Shown here in pieces: positions 13,016-26,286 of a stretch of DNA of 64,000 nucleotides. Made by a program: the position numbers and the translations under genes. Source of the stretch: Chiloscyllium plagiosum. Its lineage: Eukaryota. The notes under the pieces were generated by a model. It saw only the letters and a program-made list of their open reading frames with translations, ran no database searches and was not told the origin of the DNA. The stretch's first letter is position 1. Every line of letters starts with the position of its first letter. The stretch lies in contig NC_057720.1 in assembly GCF_004010195.1 (NCBI RefSeq), forward strand, positions 11,796,941-11,860,940. Reading direction: 5' to 3'.

Positions 13016-13659
13016 TTTTTGCTTTGGACCCCCAGGACACTCAGCTGAGAGCATCAAGGGTTTGTGTCACTTTTTGGCTTATTTTTATCAATGACTTGAA
13101 ATTACCTGTCACCTTTTGTTCTCAGTTTCGCTGTACCTACACCATCCAGATCCCCAGTGGTTTGGAATGCCTCGATGAAATCTCCTCTCAGCCTTCATTT
13201 ATCCAAGAGAGTCCCAACATCTCCAAGCTAACTCCATAACTGGAATCATACATCTGGATCATTCTGCACTCTCTCCAATACACTCCCTTCCTAAAGTATG
13301 ACACCCAGGACTGCACTCAACACTCCATTTGAGAATGAACCCGGATTTCATAGAAGTTCAATTTTAATTACAAGTTTAGTAAAAACATTTAAAATTATAT
13401 TCCCTGAGTAAATTAGAATGATTTGTTCCCATTGTTACTAATCAGAGAACACAGGTTAAAAAGCAACCAGAGGAGAAAGTATTTTTCAAGGAGTTACACT
13501 TCAATCTTGAAAGATAAAGCTCTTTTGTTTAATTTCAAACCTGCCATAGTACCTGCATAGCTGATTGCCTGAAACAATATTGTGTTACACAATAGCTGAC
13601 TCTCCAGTGCAGCCTTATGTGTGGCACCACTGCAACACCCACACATACAATTGATTCCT

Positions 13660-13847
13660 AGGTAAAAACAATGACTGCAGATACTGGAAACCAGATTCTG
13701 GATTAGTGGGGCTTGAAAAGCACAGCAGTTCAGGCAGCATCCAAGGAGCCTGTATTCCTGATGAAGGGCTTTTTCACGAAACGTCGATTTTACTGCTCCT
13801 CGGATGCTGCCTGAACTGCTGTGCTTTTCCAGCCCCACTAATCCAGA
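13660..13847. mobile_element. Fold-back Penelope-derived mini-element with a hammerhead core in the loop
   Basis: 15-bp TSD atacaattgattcct (13645-13659 / 13848-13862); inverted arms of about 55 bp; CTGATGA 13758-13764, GAAA 13778-13781, GTC 13783-13785. Confidence 0.85.
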
Positions 13848-14009
13848 ATACAATTGATTCCTGACATGTTAGTTCCTGGCTTTTTACAGACAATACCACA
13901 ATGTAACAGTGAATTCTGATGATTCTGACAACTCCATATATAAGTCACTGAGCACTAAGTTATGACCAGGACCACCTCATCATTCAGGGCATTCGCCTTC
14001 TCTAGTCTA

Positions 14010-14150
14010 AGATGCTGGATGTTAGAAACTAAAGCAGAAATTGCTGGAGAAACTCAGCAGGTCTGGCAGCATCTGTGGACAGAAAGCAAAGTTAACATTT
14101 CGAGTCCAGTGACCCTTCTTCAGTTCTGAAAGGTTAACACTGCTTTTGCT
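14010..14150 (-). mobile_element. Penelope-derived terminal repeat (second family, CTGAAGA core)
   Basis: Minus strand ctgaaga-agggtc-actg-gactc-gaaa-tgttaact. Confidence 0.65.
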
Positions 14151-14154
14151 CAAC

Positions 14155-15100
14155 AGATATTGTTTGTGATATACATAAATGATTTGGTAGAAGGTATAGG
14201 TAGCCTCGTTAGCAAGTTTGCAGATGACACTAAGGTTGGTGGAGTATCAGATAGTGAAGGGGACTGTCTGAGAATACAGCAGCATAGATAGATTGGAGAG
14301 TTGGGCAGAGAAATGGCAGATGGAGTTTAATTTGGACAAATGCGAGGTGATGCATTTTGGAAGATTAGTAAATGGAAAAGTCCTGGGGAAAATTGATGTA
14401 CAGAGAGATCTGGATGTTCAGGTCCATTGTTGCCTGAAGGCAGTAACGCAGGTCAATAGAGTGGTCAAGAAGGCATATGGCATGCATTCCTTCATGGGAC
14501 GGGGTATTGAGTACAAGAGTTGGCAGGTCTTGTTACAGTTGTATAAGACTTTGGTTCGGCCACATTTGGAATACTGCATACAATTCTGGTTGCCACATTA
14601 CTAAAAGGATGTGGATGCTTTGGAGAGAGTGCAGAGGAGGTTCAGCAGGATGTTGCCTGGTATGGAGGGTGCCAACTATGAGGATAGGTTGAGGAGATTC
14701 GGATTATTTTCATTGGAAAGAAGGAGGTTGAGGGGGGACCTGATTGAAGTCTATAAAATCATGAGAGGTGTAGACAGGGTGGATAGCAAGAAACTTTTTT
14801 CCCAGAGTAGAGAACTCATATACTAGGGGTCACGAGTTCAAAGTGAGAGGGGAAAGGTTCAGGAGAGATATACGGGGAAAGTTCTTCATGCAGAGGGTAG
14901 TGGGCAATTGGAATGTGTTGCCAGCAGCGGTAGTAGGGTGGGAATGATAGCATCTTTTAAGATGTATCTAGACAGATACATGAATGGGCAGGGAGCAAAG
15001 AAAATAGATGGCTGATTTAGATTGAGGAACTGGATCAATACAGGCTTGGAGGGCCGAAGGGCCTGTTCCTGTGCTGTAAGGTTCTTTGTTCTTTGTTCTT
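14155..15100 (+). mobile_element. CR1 LINE RT 3' fragment
   Basis: SKFADDTK, WAEKWQMEFN and RPHLEYC motifs; ttctttgttctttg tail. Confidence 0.93.
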
Positions 15101-15345
15101 AGATGCTGCTGGGATTTCCCAGCAGTTTCTAGTTTTGTTTCTGATTTCCAGTATCCGCAGTTCTTTGGTTTCCTGGTTGGTCGAGTTGGATGGAGACATG
15201 AGCAGGTAACGATTGACTGATTCATTTTAGACTCTTTGACAGGAGGCCATTACGATATTAAACTTCATCCCAGTACAAGGTCACTGATTGCTGTTAAATA
15301 TGGACCGCAGCTAATGAAATGGCTTTCTTCCATTGTTCTACTCAG

Positions 15346-15436
15346 CTGGATGCAGACCGAGATGAGGAGGAGGTGTTTTATGACATATCTGTGGCAGTCG
15401 ACAACAAATTGTTTCCTACCAAAGAACCTGCGGCTG
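15346..15436 (+). CDS. AK5: AK5 coding exon (end of AK domain 1): LDADRDEEEVFYDISVAVDNKLFPTKEPAA(G)
   Basis: Pyrimidine-rich ...ctactcag acceptor and G|gtaggt donor; 91 nt. The peptide closely matches recalled human AK5 FDADRDEDEVFYDISMAVDNKLFPNKEAAAG. Confidence 0.95.
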
Positions 15437-15519
15437 GTAGGTTCCACATCCAATGGACAACTATTTGTTTCATGTTGAAAATGACAGAGGTAAAGGAATT
15501 GTTGACAGTTATATAATTA

Positions 15520-15975
15520 TAGAGCCATAGCAAAGCATAGCACGGAAACAGACCCTTCACTCCAGTTGGTCCATGGCCAACCAGATATCCTAACCTAATA
15601 AGACCATAAAACATAGGACCAGAAGTAAGGCCATTCGGCCCATCGAGTCCACTCTGCCATTCAATCATGGCTGATGAGCATTTCAATGCCACTTACCCGC
15701 ATTCTCCCCGTAGCCCTTAATTCCCTGAATCTAGTCCCATTTGCCAGCACTTGGCCCATATCCCTCTAAACTCTTCCTATTCATACACACATCCAGATGC
15801 CTTTTAAATGCTGTAATTGTACCAGCCTCCACCACTTCCTCTGGCAGCTCATTCCATACACACACCACTCTCTGAGTGAAAAAGTTGCCCCTTAGGTCCC
15901 TTTTATATCTTTCCCCTCTCACCCTAAACCTATGCCCTCCAGTTTTGGACTATGCTACCCTAGGAAAAAGACCTT
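15520..15975 (-). mobile_element. CR1 3' ends (nested)
   Basis: NFFTQRVVCVWNELPEEVV; a second CR1 tail is inserted at about 15600-15725. Confidence 0.85.
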
Positions 15976-16289
15976 AGTTGGTTAGCCCCTGAATTCAGCC
16001 ATCACATCTCAGTCAATGTGGATTTGAAGTGAAGTAAACCAATTTACCAGATCGGGTAGACTGACTGAAGGGGATTAGGCTGAAACCCAACTTTATTACC
16101 TTATGTATGCAAATAGTCTTTGGTGGTCCAGAGGTAGTCAAAGTTTCAACAAAATGTCTCGTATTTTTTCAGCAATACTCCAGTTGTGTACACACTTGAC
16201 TATTTGTACACCCAACTTTTTAAATTCTTTTCCTGGAAGTGTTGTAAATGCTAGACTCTTAGAGCACAGAACGAGGCCAATTATCCCAT

Positions 16290-17178
16290 GTTAGACCATA
16301 AGACCTTAAGGAAATTGGAACAAGAGTAGGCTATTCGGCCCCTCGAGCCTACTCCACCATTTAATAGAATTATGGCAAGGAATAGGAAGAGAATAGACGG
16401 AGATGGATCTTGTAGGTTTAGAATGAAAGGGTAAAGTGTGTCAGCGCACACTTGAGGGCCAAAGGGCCTGTTCCTATGCTGTATTGTTCTTTGTTCTTTT
16501 GTTCTACACCTGATCCAACATTGCTCACTTTCATTTTCCCATGAAAGAATCAACCCCATCGAATTTCAGAACAAAGAATATTGTATGAACAACAAAACAA
16601 AAGGACAAACGAGAAGTACAGCACAGGAACAGGCCCTTCGGCCCTCCAAGCCTGTGCCGATCCTAATGCTCTAACCAAACTAAAAAACAAATCTACTGCC
16701 CTTATTCGGTCTGTATCCCTCTATTCCCTCCCTATTCACATAATTATCCATATGCCTCTTAAATATCGCCAATGTGCCTCTTCCACCATCTCTTGGGGCA
16801 GTGTGTTCCAGGCAACTGCCACTCTCTGCATCAAAAGTTTCCCTTGCACATCTCCCTTAAACTTTCTCCCTGTCACCAGGAACCTGTGCTCCCTTGTAAT
16901 TGAAACTTCAACTCTTGGGGAAAAGTCTCTGTATCCATCCTATCTATTGTCTCTTATAATTTTGCAGACCTCTATCAGGTCTCCTCTCAGTCGTCATCTT
17001 TCCAGTGAAAACAATCCCAGTCTGTTTAACCCTTCCCCATAACCAGTACCCTTCAGACCAGGTAACATTCTGATGAACCTTCTCTGCTCTCTGTCTAATG
17101 CTTCCACATTCCTCTGGTAGTGTGGTGACCAAAACTGCACAGAATACTCCAAATGTGGCCTAACAAGGGTTTTGACCA
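16290..17178 (-). mobile_element. CR1 3' fragments
   Basis: RPHLEYSVQFWSP...LFSLER; tails in both orientations at 16290-16505. Confidence 0.85.
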
Positions 17179-17666
17179 CGTGATGATCCCCTTCTCTAGC
17201 ATAGCGTAAGATAGAATGACTGTTTTACAAGTATCAAAATTCCTCTTCCTGTGCCCGTCACTTGTTGCAACTGCATTGTAGCAGCACCTGCTCACACATG
17301 GATCCTGTTTTGATAGCAGCTGTTCCAAAATGAGAACCCCTCCCCTGATATGAACATTGGTAGGTACCATGAGCGTTCACCAGCTCCCCTTCCAATCCTA
17401 TCATGGGATATTTCATGTCCACCTGAGAGGGCAGGCGGTATAAAGTCTCCTTGGAAAGTTTCAGCTTTGTCCTCCAGTCTCTGTCCCAGTCTCCAGTCCC
17501 TCACTCAACCTTCACATTCTGAGGCGGAAGAGTTACCACCTGGTTGATCCTGAATGTCAACATTTGCCACTGGAAACTGTGACCAATTTCAATAGGAGAT
17601 AGAAATCACCTTGTTCTTAAGTTCTCTCCCTAATTTCTTAACATCCTCTTTCCTCAATTATACCAG

Positions 17667-17743
17667 GCCCCAGTGAACTTGACCTCAGTTTGCTTGTGGA
17701 TGCCACGGATATTGTTGATATTGAGCCAGACTCCGATGAGCAG
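17667..17743 (+). CDS. AK5: AK5 coding exon (acidic inter-domain linker): GPSELDLSLLVDATDIVDIEPDSDEQ
   Basis: taccag acceptor and CAG|gtattt donor; 77 nt, phase 1 to 0, in frame with the previous exon. Resembles recalled human AK5 GSSDLDPSMILDTGEIIDTGSDYEDQ. Confidence 0.9.
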
Positions 17744-19749
17744 GTATTTGAACATTTTGTTTCTTTTTCCCAAACTCTGTTTTCTAATCCCAAGTTTGTA
17801 AAGTAACCTTCACAAACCATTAATGTGACTGTTCCTGAGTAGAATCATTATAAGCAAGCAAGTAAATTTATTCTGGCTGTGTTGTCCTAAGGATAGTATT
17901 CCTTGTCATTAAAATAACAGAAAATGTTGGATACAGACAGCATTGTTGGAGAGAAACTGAGTTAGCATTTTGTTTGGTAATTTAATCAGATGCTCAGATG
18001 AAAGCAAAGAACCGCAGATGCTTCTGAAATAAAAAGCAAAAGTGCTGGAGAAACTCAGCAGGTCTGATCGCAGCCATGAAGAGAGAAACAGTTAACATTT
18101 TGAGTCCAATGTGACCCTTCTTCAAACGCCAAAGTGTTTTTCTCTCTCTTCACAGATGCTGCCAGACCTGTTGAGTTCCTCCAGCAATTCCTAGTTTGTT
18201 TCGAGCTGATACCAGCTGGTCTCCTGAGGGTTTTCCCAGTATTTTCTATTTTTATTTCATTTCTAGCAAACATCCTTTTGCGTACTTCTTGTTGTGGGAT
18301 TTCTTGTAACTGCACAACATTCCAAGTAGGCTATTTTGTTGAAAAGATTCATGTTCTTCCTAAAACTTGATCCAGAGACGGATTTTTCTTTCATTTCTAT
18401 CATTAGAATAAAATATCCTGAGCTGTGTTGTGTGTGTCTTTACCAATGAATAAGTATTTCTTAATTCTTCAACTATATCCTCTGTCTCCATAAGATATAG
18501 GAGCAGAAATTAGGTTATTCAGCCCATCGAGTCTGCTCCGCCATTCAATCATGGCTGATAAGTTTCTTAACCCTATTCTCCTGCTTTCTCCCTGTAACTC
18601 TTGATCCCCTTCATACTCAAGAACCCCTATCTATCTCAGTCTTAAATATACTCAATGACCTGGCCTCCACAGCCTTCTGTGACAATGAATTCCATAGATT
18701 TCTGACTGAAGAAATTTCTCCCTATCTCTGTTCTAAAAAGGTCTTCCCTTTACTCTAAGGCTGAGCTCTTGGATCCTAGTCTCTCCCACCAATGGAAACA
18801 TCTTCCCAACATGCACTGTGTCCAAACCATTCAGTATTCTGTAAGTTTCAATTAGATCCCACCTTATCCTTCTTAACTCCATCGAGTATAGACCCAGAGT
18901 CCTCAAATGTCTCCATGTATAGATTCCCTATTTGGTCCCTAATGGTTCCCACTCCTCCTTTAACCATCCTTTGACTATTTATACAGCTTTAGAGGATTTT
19001 GTGATTCTCCTTTATGTTAGCTGCTGTTGTCTTTTCATATTCCTTCTTTGCTGCTCTTATTTGATTTGTCATCTACTGAAATTTATTATTCAGCCCAGTT
19101 CTCAATCGTATTTTTGACTTGACATCTGTCATGAGCACACTTTTTAAAAATTCTTCTTAATCATGATTTATATCTCTTCTGTCATCCAGTCAGCTCTGGA
19201 TTTATTTTTCCTTTCGAAGGAGTATACCTTGACTGTGCCCGAACCATTTCTTTTGAAAGTAGCCCATTGTTCAGCCGCCATTTTCCTGCCAACCTTTGAC
19301 TCCAACTTTTTTATTCAGGTCCATTCTTATCCCATCAAAGTTGGCTTTCCTGCAATTAATCATTCTTTCTTTGGACCGCTCACCACCCTATTCCATAGTC
19401 ACCCAAAACATTACGATACAGTCATCACTAAATGTTCTCCCACTGACATGTGATTTCAAGAACTGTGTCTCATTTCCCATTGGACAAAACACATTATTTT
19501 ATGGAACATTCCCCTGGACTTAATCTCGGATCAGTTGTCCCTCTCTGCTGTTTACACTACTCCTATCCCATTCTATATTCAGATAATTAAAGTTGCCTTT
19601 TAGAACCACTGCATAACCTTCACACCTCTGTGTGTGTTCATTCACATCCTTCCCACTAGTTGGTGGTCTATAGATTACACCAAGCCATGTTCTTTGACTC
19701 GAGTCTGCTCTGGACCCCTCTTGGACATCCTCTGTCCCCAGCACTCTAA

Positions 19750-21165
19750 TGCTCTCTTTATGTGCAGGATGTACTCCAGTATTGATTGAGCTGGTCATGA
19801 CCTAAAGGACATAGCTGCTGGACTGGGGGTCTGCAGCAGGTGGTGAGGGAACCAACAAGAGGGAAAAACATAGCTGACCTCATCCTTATCAATCTGCCAG
19901 CTGCAGATGCATCTGCCCATGACAGTACCAGTAAGAGTGACCATTGCACAGTCCTTGTGGAGACAAAGTTCCACCTTCACATTGGGAATAACCTCCATCA
20001 TGTTGTGTGGCACTATCAATGTGCTGAATGGGTTAGATAGCAAACCGGTCTAGCAACTCAAGACCGGGCATCCATGAGGCACTGTGGACCATCAACAGCA
20101 GCAGAATTGCACTCCAGCTTAGTCTGCAGCCTCATGACCCAGCATATCCCCCACTCAACCATTACCATCAAGCCAATGGTTCAATGCAGAGTGCAGGAGG
20201 GCATGTCAGGAGCAGCACCAGAGAAACCTGAAAATGAGGTGTCAACCTGGTGAAACTACCAAACAGGATGACTTGCATGTCAAACAGCATAAGCAGCAAG
20301 TGATAGACAGGGCTAAGTGATTTCACAACCAATGGGTCAGATCTAAGCTCTGCAGTGCTTCCACATCCACACGTGAATGGTAGTGGACAATTAAACAACT
20401 CACTGGAGGAGGAGGCTCCACAAATAAACCCATCCTCAACGATGGAGGAGCCCAGCACATCAGTGCGAAAGATAAAACTGAAGCTTTCACAGCAACCTTC
20501 AGCCAGAAATGCCGAGTGGATGATCCATCTCGGTCTCCTCCGGTGGTCCCCAGCTTTACACATACCAGTCTTCAGCCACATGATATCAAGAAATTGTTGG
20601 AAACACTGGATATTACAAAGGCTATGGGCGCTGAAAACATTCCAGCAATACTACTGAAGACCTGCGATCCAGAACTTGCCGCGCCCTTAGACAAGCTGTT
20701 CCAGTACAGTTACAATACAGGCATCTATCCAAAAGTGTAGAAAATTGCCCAGATACATCCTGCAGATTAAAAACAAGACAAATCCAACTCGGTGAATGGC
20801 CATCAGAAAAGTGATGGAAAGTGGCATCAACTGTGCTATCAAGCAGCACCTGATCAGTAATAACCTGCTCAGTGGCGCCCAGTTTGGTTTCCACCAGGGC
20901 CACTCAGCTGCTGACCTCATTACAGCCTTGGTTCAAACATGGACAAAGAAACAGAATTCCAGAGGGGATGTCAGAGTGATAGCCCTTGATATCAAGACTG
21001 CATTCAACAAAGTGTGTATCAAGGACCCCTAAAAAACTAGAGTCAATGTGTATTGATGGATATGGGGTGTGCGGAATTCTCTGCAAGTTAGAATCATACC
21101 TGGCACATAGGAAGATGGCTGTGGTTGTTGGAGGTCAGTCATCTCAGCTCCAGGACATCTCTGCA
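19750..21165 (+). mobile_element. CR1/L2-clade LINE ORF2 fragment (second family)
   Basis: VREPTRGKNIADLIL (endonuclease end), KAMGAENIPAILLK, QFGFHQGHS, ALDIKTAF. Confidence 0.85.
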
Positions 21166-21262
21166 GATCTCTCACCTGCAACATCTACATGCCAATCTGA
21201 GCATCTGACTCCCAGACTTACTGTACTCTGTGTATTTACATACATGCATGGTAACCCAGATT

Positions 21263-21886
21263 TGATTAGATTAGATTACTTACAGTGTGGAAACAGGCCC
21301 TTCGGCCCAACAAGTCCACACCAACCCGCCGAAGCGTAACCCACCCATACCCCCACATTTACCCCCTACCTAACACTATGGGCAATTCACCTGACCTGCA
21401 CATCTTTGGACTGTGGGAGGAAACCGGAGCACCCGGAGGAAACCCACGCAGACACGGGGAGAATGTGCAAACTCCACACAGTCAGTCACCTGAGTCGGGA
21501 ATTGAACCCGGGTCTCTGGCGCTGTGAGGCAGCAGTGCTAACCACTGTGCCACTGTGCCGCCCACTTTATACTAAAGGTTATGTAGTTTAGATTAGATTA
21601 CTTACAGTGTGGAAACAGGCCCTTCAGCCCAACAAGTCCACACCGCCCCGCCGAAGCGCAACCCACCCATACCCCCACATTTACCCCCTACCTAACACTA
21701 TGGGCAATTCACCTGACCTGCACATCTTTGGACTGTGGGAGGAAACCGGAGCACCCGGAGGAAACCCACGCAGACACGGGGAGAACGTGCAAACTCCACA
21801 CAGTCAGTCGCCTGAGGCGGGAATTGAACCCGGGTCTCTGGCACTGTGAGGCAGCAGTGCTAACCACTGTGCCACCGTGCCGCCCC
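21263..21886 (-). mobile_element. Tandem pair of HE1 SINEs (about 21263-21564 and 21588-21886)
   Basis: Two near-identical copies with (taatc)n tails and a shared internal deletion. Confidence 0.92.
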
Positions 21887-22159
21887 AAAGACTGTAGTAT
21901 TTAGACTGTAGTATTTTCTCAGACTGCACCCATCAATTTACTGTTCTCTATTTTAGAGCTATCAATCTCATCCAGTAATACTGTGCAGTCTCCGGTATTG
22001 TCTCATTGTTTACACATTCCTGCTGAATTAGTTGAAACCCTCTCCAGTAGAACTGGTAAATCACTCCCAGCATGCAACTCAGTCCCAGCTCTGCTCAGGA
22101 GTTCATACTGGGTTCATACAGGTTCCAATCTTCCCAGAGCAGGTCCCAATGTGCTAAGG

Positions 22160-22408
22160 CAACTCTCTGTGTGGAGTTTGCACATTCTCCCCGTGTCTGC
22201 GTGGGTTTCCTCCAGGTGCTCCGGTTTCCTCCCACAATCCAAAGATGTGCAGGTCAGGTGAATTGGCCATGTTAAATTGCCCGTAGTGTTAGGTGAAGGG
22301 GTAAATGTAGGGGAATGGGTCTGGGTGGGTTGCGCTTTGGCGGGTCGGTGTGGACTTGTTGGGCCGAAGGGCCTGTTTCCATTCTGCATGTAATCAAATC
22401 TAATCTAA
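22160..22408 (+). mobile_element. HE1 SINE (5'-truncated)
   Basis: V domain plus taatctaa tail. Confidence 0.9.
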
Positions 22409-22856
22409 AGTTCCTCATCCTGCATTAATTTTATACATTCATCTGTTTTATCCTCCTGTTCCTCTATTCACTTGTGTGAGGCTGTGGGTGTAATCTGGAG
22501 ATTGCTATTAATCCTAGTTTTCTCCCTATCTCCCTTAATTTGAAATGAAAGACAACTTTCCTTTTTCTATCTTATGCTGTTGGCTCCAACTTAAATCCAA
22601 ACCGGAGTGCACAATCCTGGAATTCCCACCCTAACTGCATGGTGGATGTACTTACAGTACGTACACTGCAGCAGTTGAAGGGCGCAGCTCCCCTCCACCA
22701 TCTGAAAAATAGGTAATAAATGTTCCATTTCCCCAATGCAAATAGTGCAAACAAACATTACTAGATTCCCTCAAACTGTTCACTGGCAGCAAGAATCCTA
22801 TTGTTTCTTCACGGACTGTTTTTCTGAAAGGCAGTTGTGAAAATCAAGGGTTAATG

Positions 22857-23147
22857 TGGGCAGCACGGTGGCTCAGTAGTTAGCACTGCTGCCTCACAGC
22901 ACCAGGGTCCCAGGTTCGATTCCAGCGTCAGGTGACTGTCTGTCTGTGAGGAGTTTGCACATTCAACCCGTGTCTGTGTGGGTTTCCTCTGGGTGCTCTG
23001 GTTTCCTCCCACAGTCTAAAGATGTGCAGGTCAGGTGCATTGGCCATAGTGTTAGGTGCATTAGTCAGAAGGAAATGGGTCTGGGTGGGTTACTCTTCAA
23101 AGGGTTGGTGTGGACTTGTTTCCACACTGTAAAGAAACTAATCTAAT
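22857..23147 (+). mobile_element. HE1 SINE
   Basis: gggcagcacggtggctcag head, B box ggttcgattcc, tail. Confidence 0.9.
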
Positions 23148-24114
23148 GTGATTGGTTAAAAATCAAATTCCTTTCCGCATCAAACAAATACAGTTTGAAA
23201 TACCACTGTAAGATTCACCTCATTAACATGGGCTGTTGCAGCAATGAAACTCTGTTCGCTGGCAATGTTTCACTTAAAAAAATAAATATTGCTTGGCTTC
23301 AATTAACATGGAGTGAGAAATATGGCACCTAATGGGCTATACACCACAGCATATTAAAATGGTCTGTGAGGCAGAGGGAAGGCACCTCTCATTATCCATG
23401 CTCACCATTTTTCTCCATTTCTTTCACTGGGCCTGTCAAAGGCTCGTATTTCAATGAGCTCAAAAAAGCTTCCCCTGTCAGAACTGATTTAGTCTCCCAT
23501 TAGAAGCTGCTCTCATTGCGGAGATCTGTCTTGGTGTTCCATCAGCATCAATCCACACATTTCACACTTTGTTTTATTGGGGACACCCTACACGGGCCAT
23601 TCATTCCCGTGCTAGCTCTTTGAAAGAACTATTTTCAAAAAAGGTTTTTGTTGGTTAACTATTCATGTAGGTGGGTTCTGAGGAAGGGTCACTGGATTTC
23701 TCTGATTTCTCTCCACAGATGCAATTCTGTAATTTCTATTTTTGTTGCTCATGTAGCAGATTCTGTTTGCCATGCGTTAATGACGTGCCCTGTTTCCTAC
23801 TTTACAACAATGAGACAACACGTCAAAACAGTGTGCTCAAAGTTGCAAAGTGCTTTGGGCTATCACAAGGTACTGAGATGTTATAGGGGAAGGCCTCTAC
23901 TTGTACTTTCAGCATTGTCTTGGAGTTATATTTCTGCCCATATTGTGTACCTTTGGCTACTATTCACGTGCAGGATATTGGTGAAGCCACATTTAGAATA
24001 CTGCGTACAATTCTGATTGCCTTTCCAGAATAACTGGTTTAATAATTGTACAGCTCAAAAGCTCTGTAGCATCCATTTCAATAAGACTTTTGATTTTATC
24101 TTTATATTTGGCAG

Positions 24115-24157
24115 ATGGATAACTGGTCCACAACATCTGAAGATACCAAAATGGAAG
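24115..24157 (+). CDS. AK5: AK5 coding exon (linker): MDNWSTTSEDTKME(E)
   Basis: T-rich tract plus ggcag acceptor and AAG|gttagt donor; 43 nt. Supplies exactly the phase 0 to 1 bridge needed between flanking exons, and the equivalent human exon is recalled as 43 nt. Peptide similarity is weak. Confidence 0.75.
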
Positions 24158-24459
24158 GTTAGTATTGATCTTAACTTGGAAATCCAAGCAATGGGCCAAG
24201 GCTTGCCATCAGGATCACACTCCCCACAGTAATCCAGAGGCTCCGGCTAATTTCTGGGGTGGGGAGAGGTCATGGGTCCCAGTGCATAAGAACAGATCTC
24301 TGCAAAGCCTTCCTGCAGAAAAATCATTCTCTCTCAGTTTTTACCCCTTGTCTCTCAAACACCTTTTACAGGCAGAGAGAGGGAGTTCCAGATTTCCACT
24401 ACGTTCTGTATGAAACCATCCTTTCCAACATCATGGCTGAACATTAGCAAATACTCTCA

Positions 24460-26100
24460 ATCCTCCTACTCCACCCTGTTGATGTAGACGGGGGCGAATT
24501 CTCATCCTTTCTTCCTGAAGTCAATGATCAGTTCTTTCGTTTTGCCGACATTGAGAGAGAGAGATTGTTCTTATTGCACCACCACACCAAGCCCTCTATC
24601 TCCTTCCTGTATTCTGACTCCTTATTGTTAGATATCTGTCCTACCACGTTGGTGTCATCAGTGAACTTGTAGATGGTGTTTGTTCGGAATTTGGCTACAC
24701 CATTTTGGGTGTACAGATGGTACAGTAGGGGGCTAAGAATGCATCCTCAAAGGGCTCCAGTGTTGAGTGTTATCGTGGAAGAGGTGCTGCTGTCTATCCT
24801 CACTGATTGCGGCCTGTGGGTCAGGAAGCTGAGGATCCAGTTGCAGAGGGTGGAGCTGAGACCTAGATCTCAGTTTTGAGATCAGCCTGGAGGGGATGAT
24901 AGTGCTGAAGAAGGGAGCTGTAGTCAATGAGCAGGAGTCTGATGTAGGTGTCCAGATGTTCCAGGGATGAGAGCAAGGCTAGGGATATGGTATCCGCTAT
25001 GGACCTGTTTCATTGGTCGGCAAATTGTAAGGGATTGAGGCAGGCTGGGAAACTGGAGTTGATGCAAGCCATGACCAGCCTCTCGAAGCACTTCATGGAT
25101 ATTAAGGTCAGAGCCACTGGGCAGTAGTCATTAAGACACGTTGCATGTACTTTCTTAGGTACTGGGTGATGGTGGTCTTCTTGAAGCAGGTGGGGACTTT
25201 AGTTTGTAGCGGGGAGATGTTGAAGATATCGGTGAACATCTCCACCAGTTGCTCAGCACAGGGTCTGAGCACTTGGCCAGGGATCCATGGCTTTCCCAGG
25301 AAGACCAATTTGATGTTTGTAGCAGTGACCAAGGGAACAGCTGTGTCTGGGTCTGTTGGTGCAGGCATCACCCCGCCACTGGCATTCTACTCAAACAGAG
25401 CATAGAAAGCATTGGGTGCATCAGGGAGGAATGTGCTTTTGTCTGCCATCTTGCTCTGCTTCATTTTGTATCCCGTCATGTTGTTTAGGCCTTGCCGCAG
25501 GTGACAGAAGTCTATGATTGGTTTGAGCCTCCAACTTCATCCAGTGCTACCTCTTGGCATCTCCAATGGCTTTGCAGAGATCATATCGGGATTTCCTGTA
25601 GACATCTGGGTCGTCTGATCTGAACACTGCACACCTGGTCTGCAGTGTGGAGTGCATTTCCTGGTTCATCCAAGGTTTACAGTTGGAGAACACCCAGATT
25701 GAGTTGTTTGGCACACAGTCCTCCACGCACCTGTTAATGAAGTCTGTGACAATGGTGGTATACTCGTCAAGATTTTCTGCTGAGTACTTGAACAGGGTTC
25801 AATCCACCGATTCCAAGTAGTCCCAGAGACGGTGTTCCACAGCTTTGGAGCAGCATTGTACTTTTTTTTGTGAAGGCTCCTCCTGTTCCAGCTTCTGCTG
25901 GTCTGCTGGGAGGAGGAACACAGCGGCATGATCTGGGCTTCCAAAGTGTGGGCAGGGGATGGAGTGGTTGGTCTTTTTGATGGTTGTGTAGCAGTGGTCC
26001 AGAATATTCGGTCCGCTGGATGGATCAGGAAACGTGTCGGTGGCACTTTGGCAGCGCCTCCTTGAGGTTTCCCCGGTTGGAGTTGAAGGCCACGATAAAT
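24460..26100 (-). mobile_element. Rex1/Babar-type LINE RT fragment
   Basis: [17 protein letters not shown]...[23 protein letters not shown] and YKFTDDTN motifs, with frameshifts. Confidence 0.75.
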
Positions 26101-26286
26101 AAGCCTTAGGGAAGTTTGAATAGTATAAAATTATCCAACAAAAAAAACATTACAAGAACAAATCATTTCCTGCTCTGTTGGATCTATTAATCCTTTGGCC
26201 TGATTAAAAATGTGAGGAAAGCTCAGGGGCACAGCTCCTACAATCTGTTTGCTGATTAGATTTTCAATTAATAATTTTTTTTGCAG

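Noticed and set aside
21285..22389. Recurrent ORFs such as DCGRKPEHPEETHADTGRMCKLHT
   Set aside because: They are translations of HE1 SINE copies, not a gene family.
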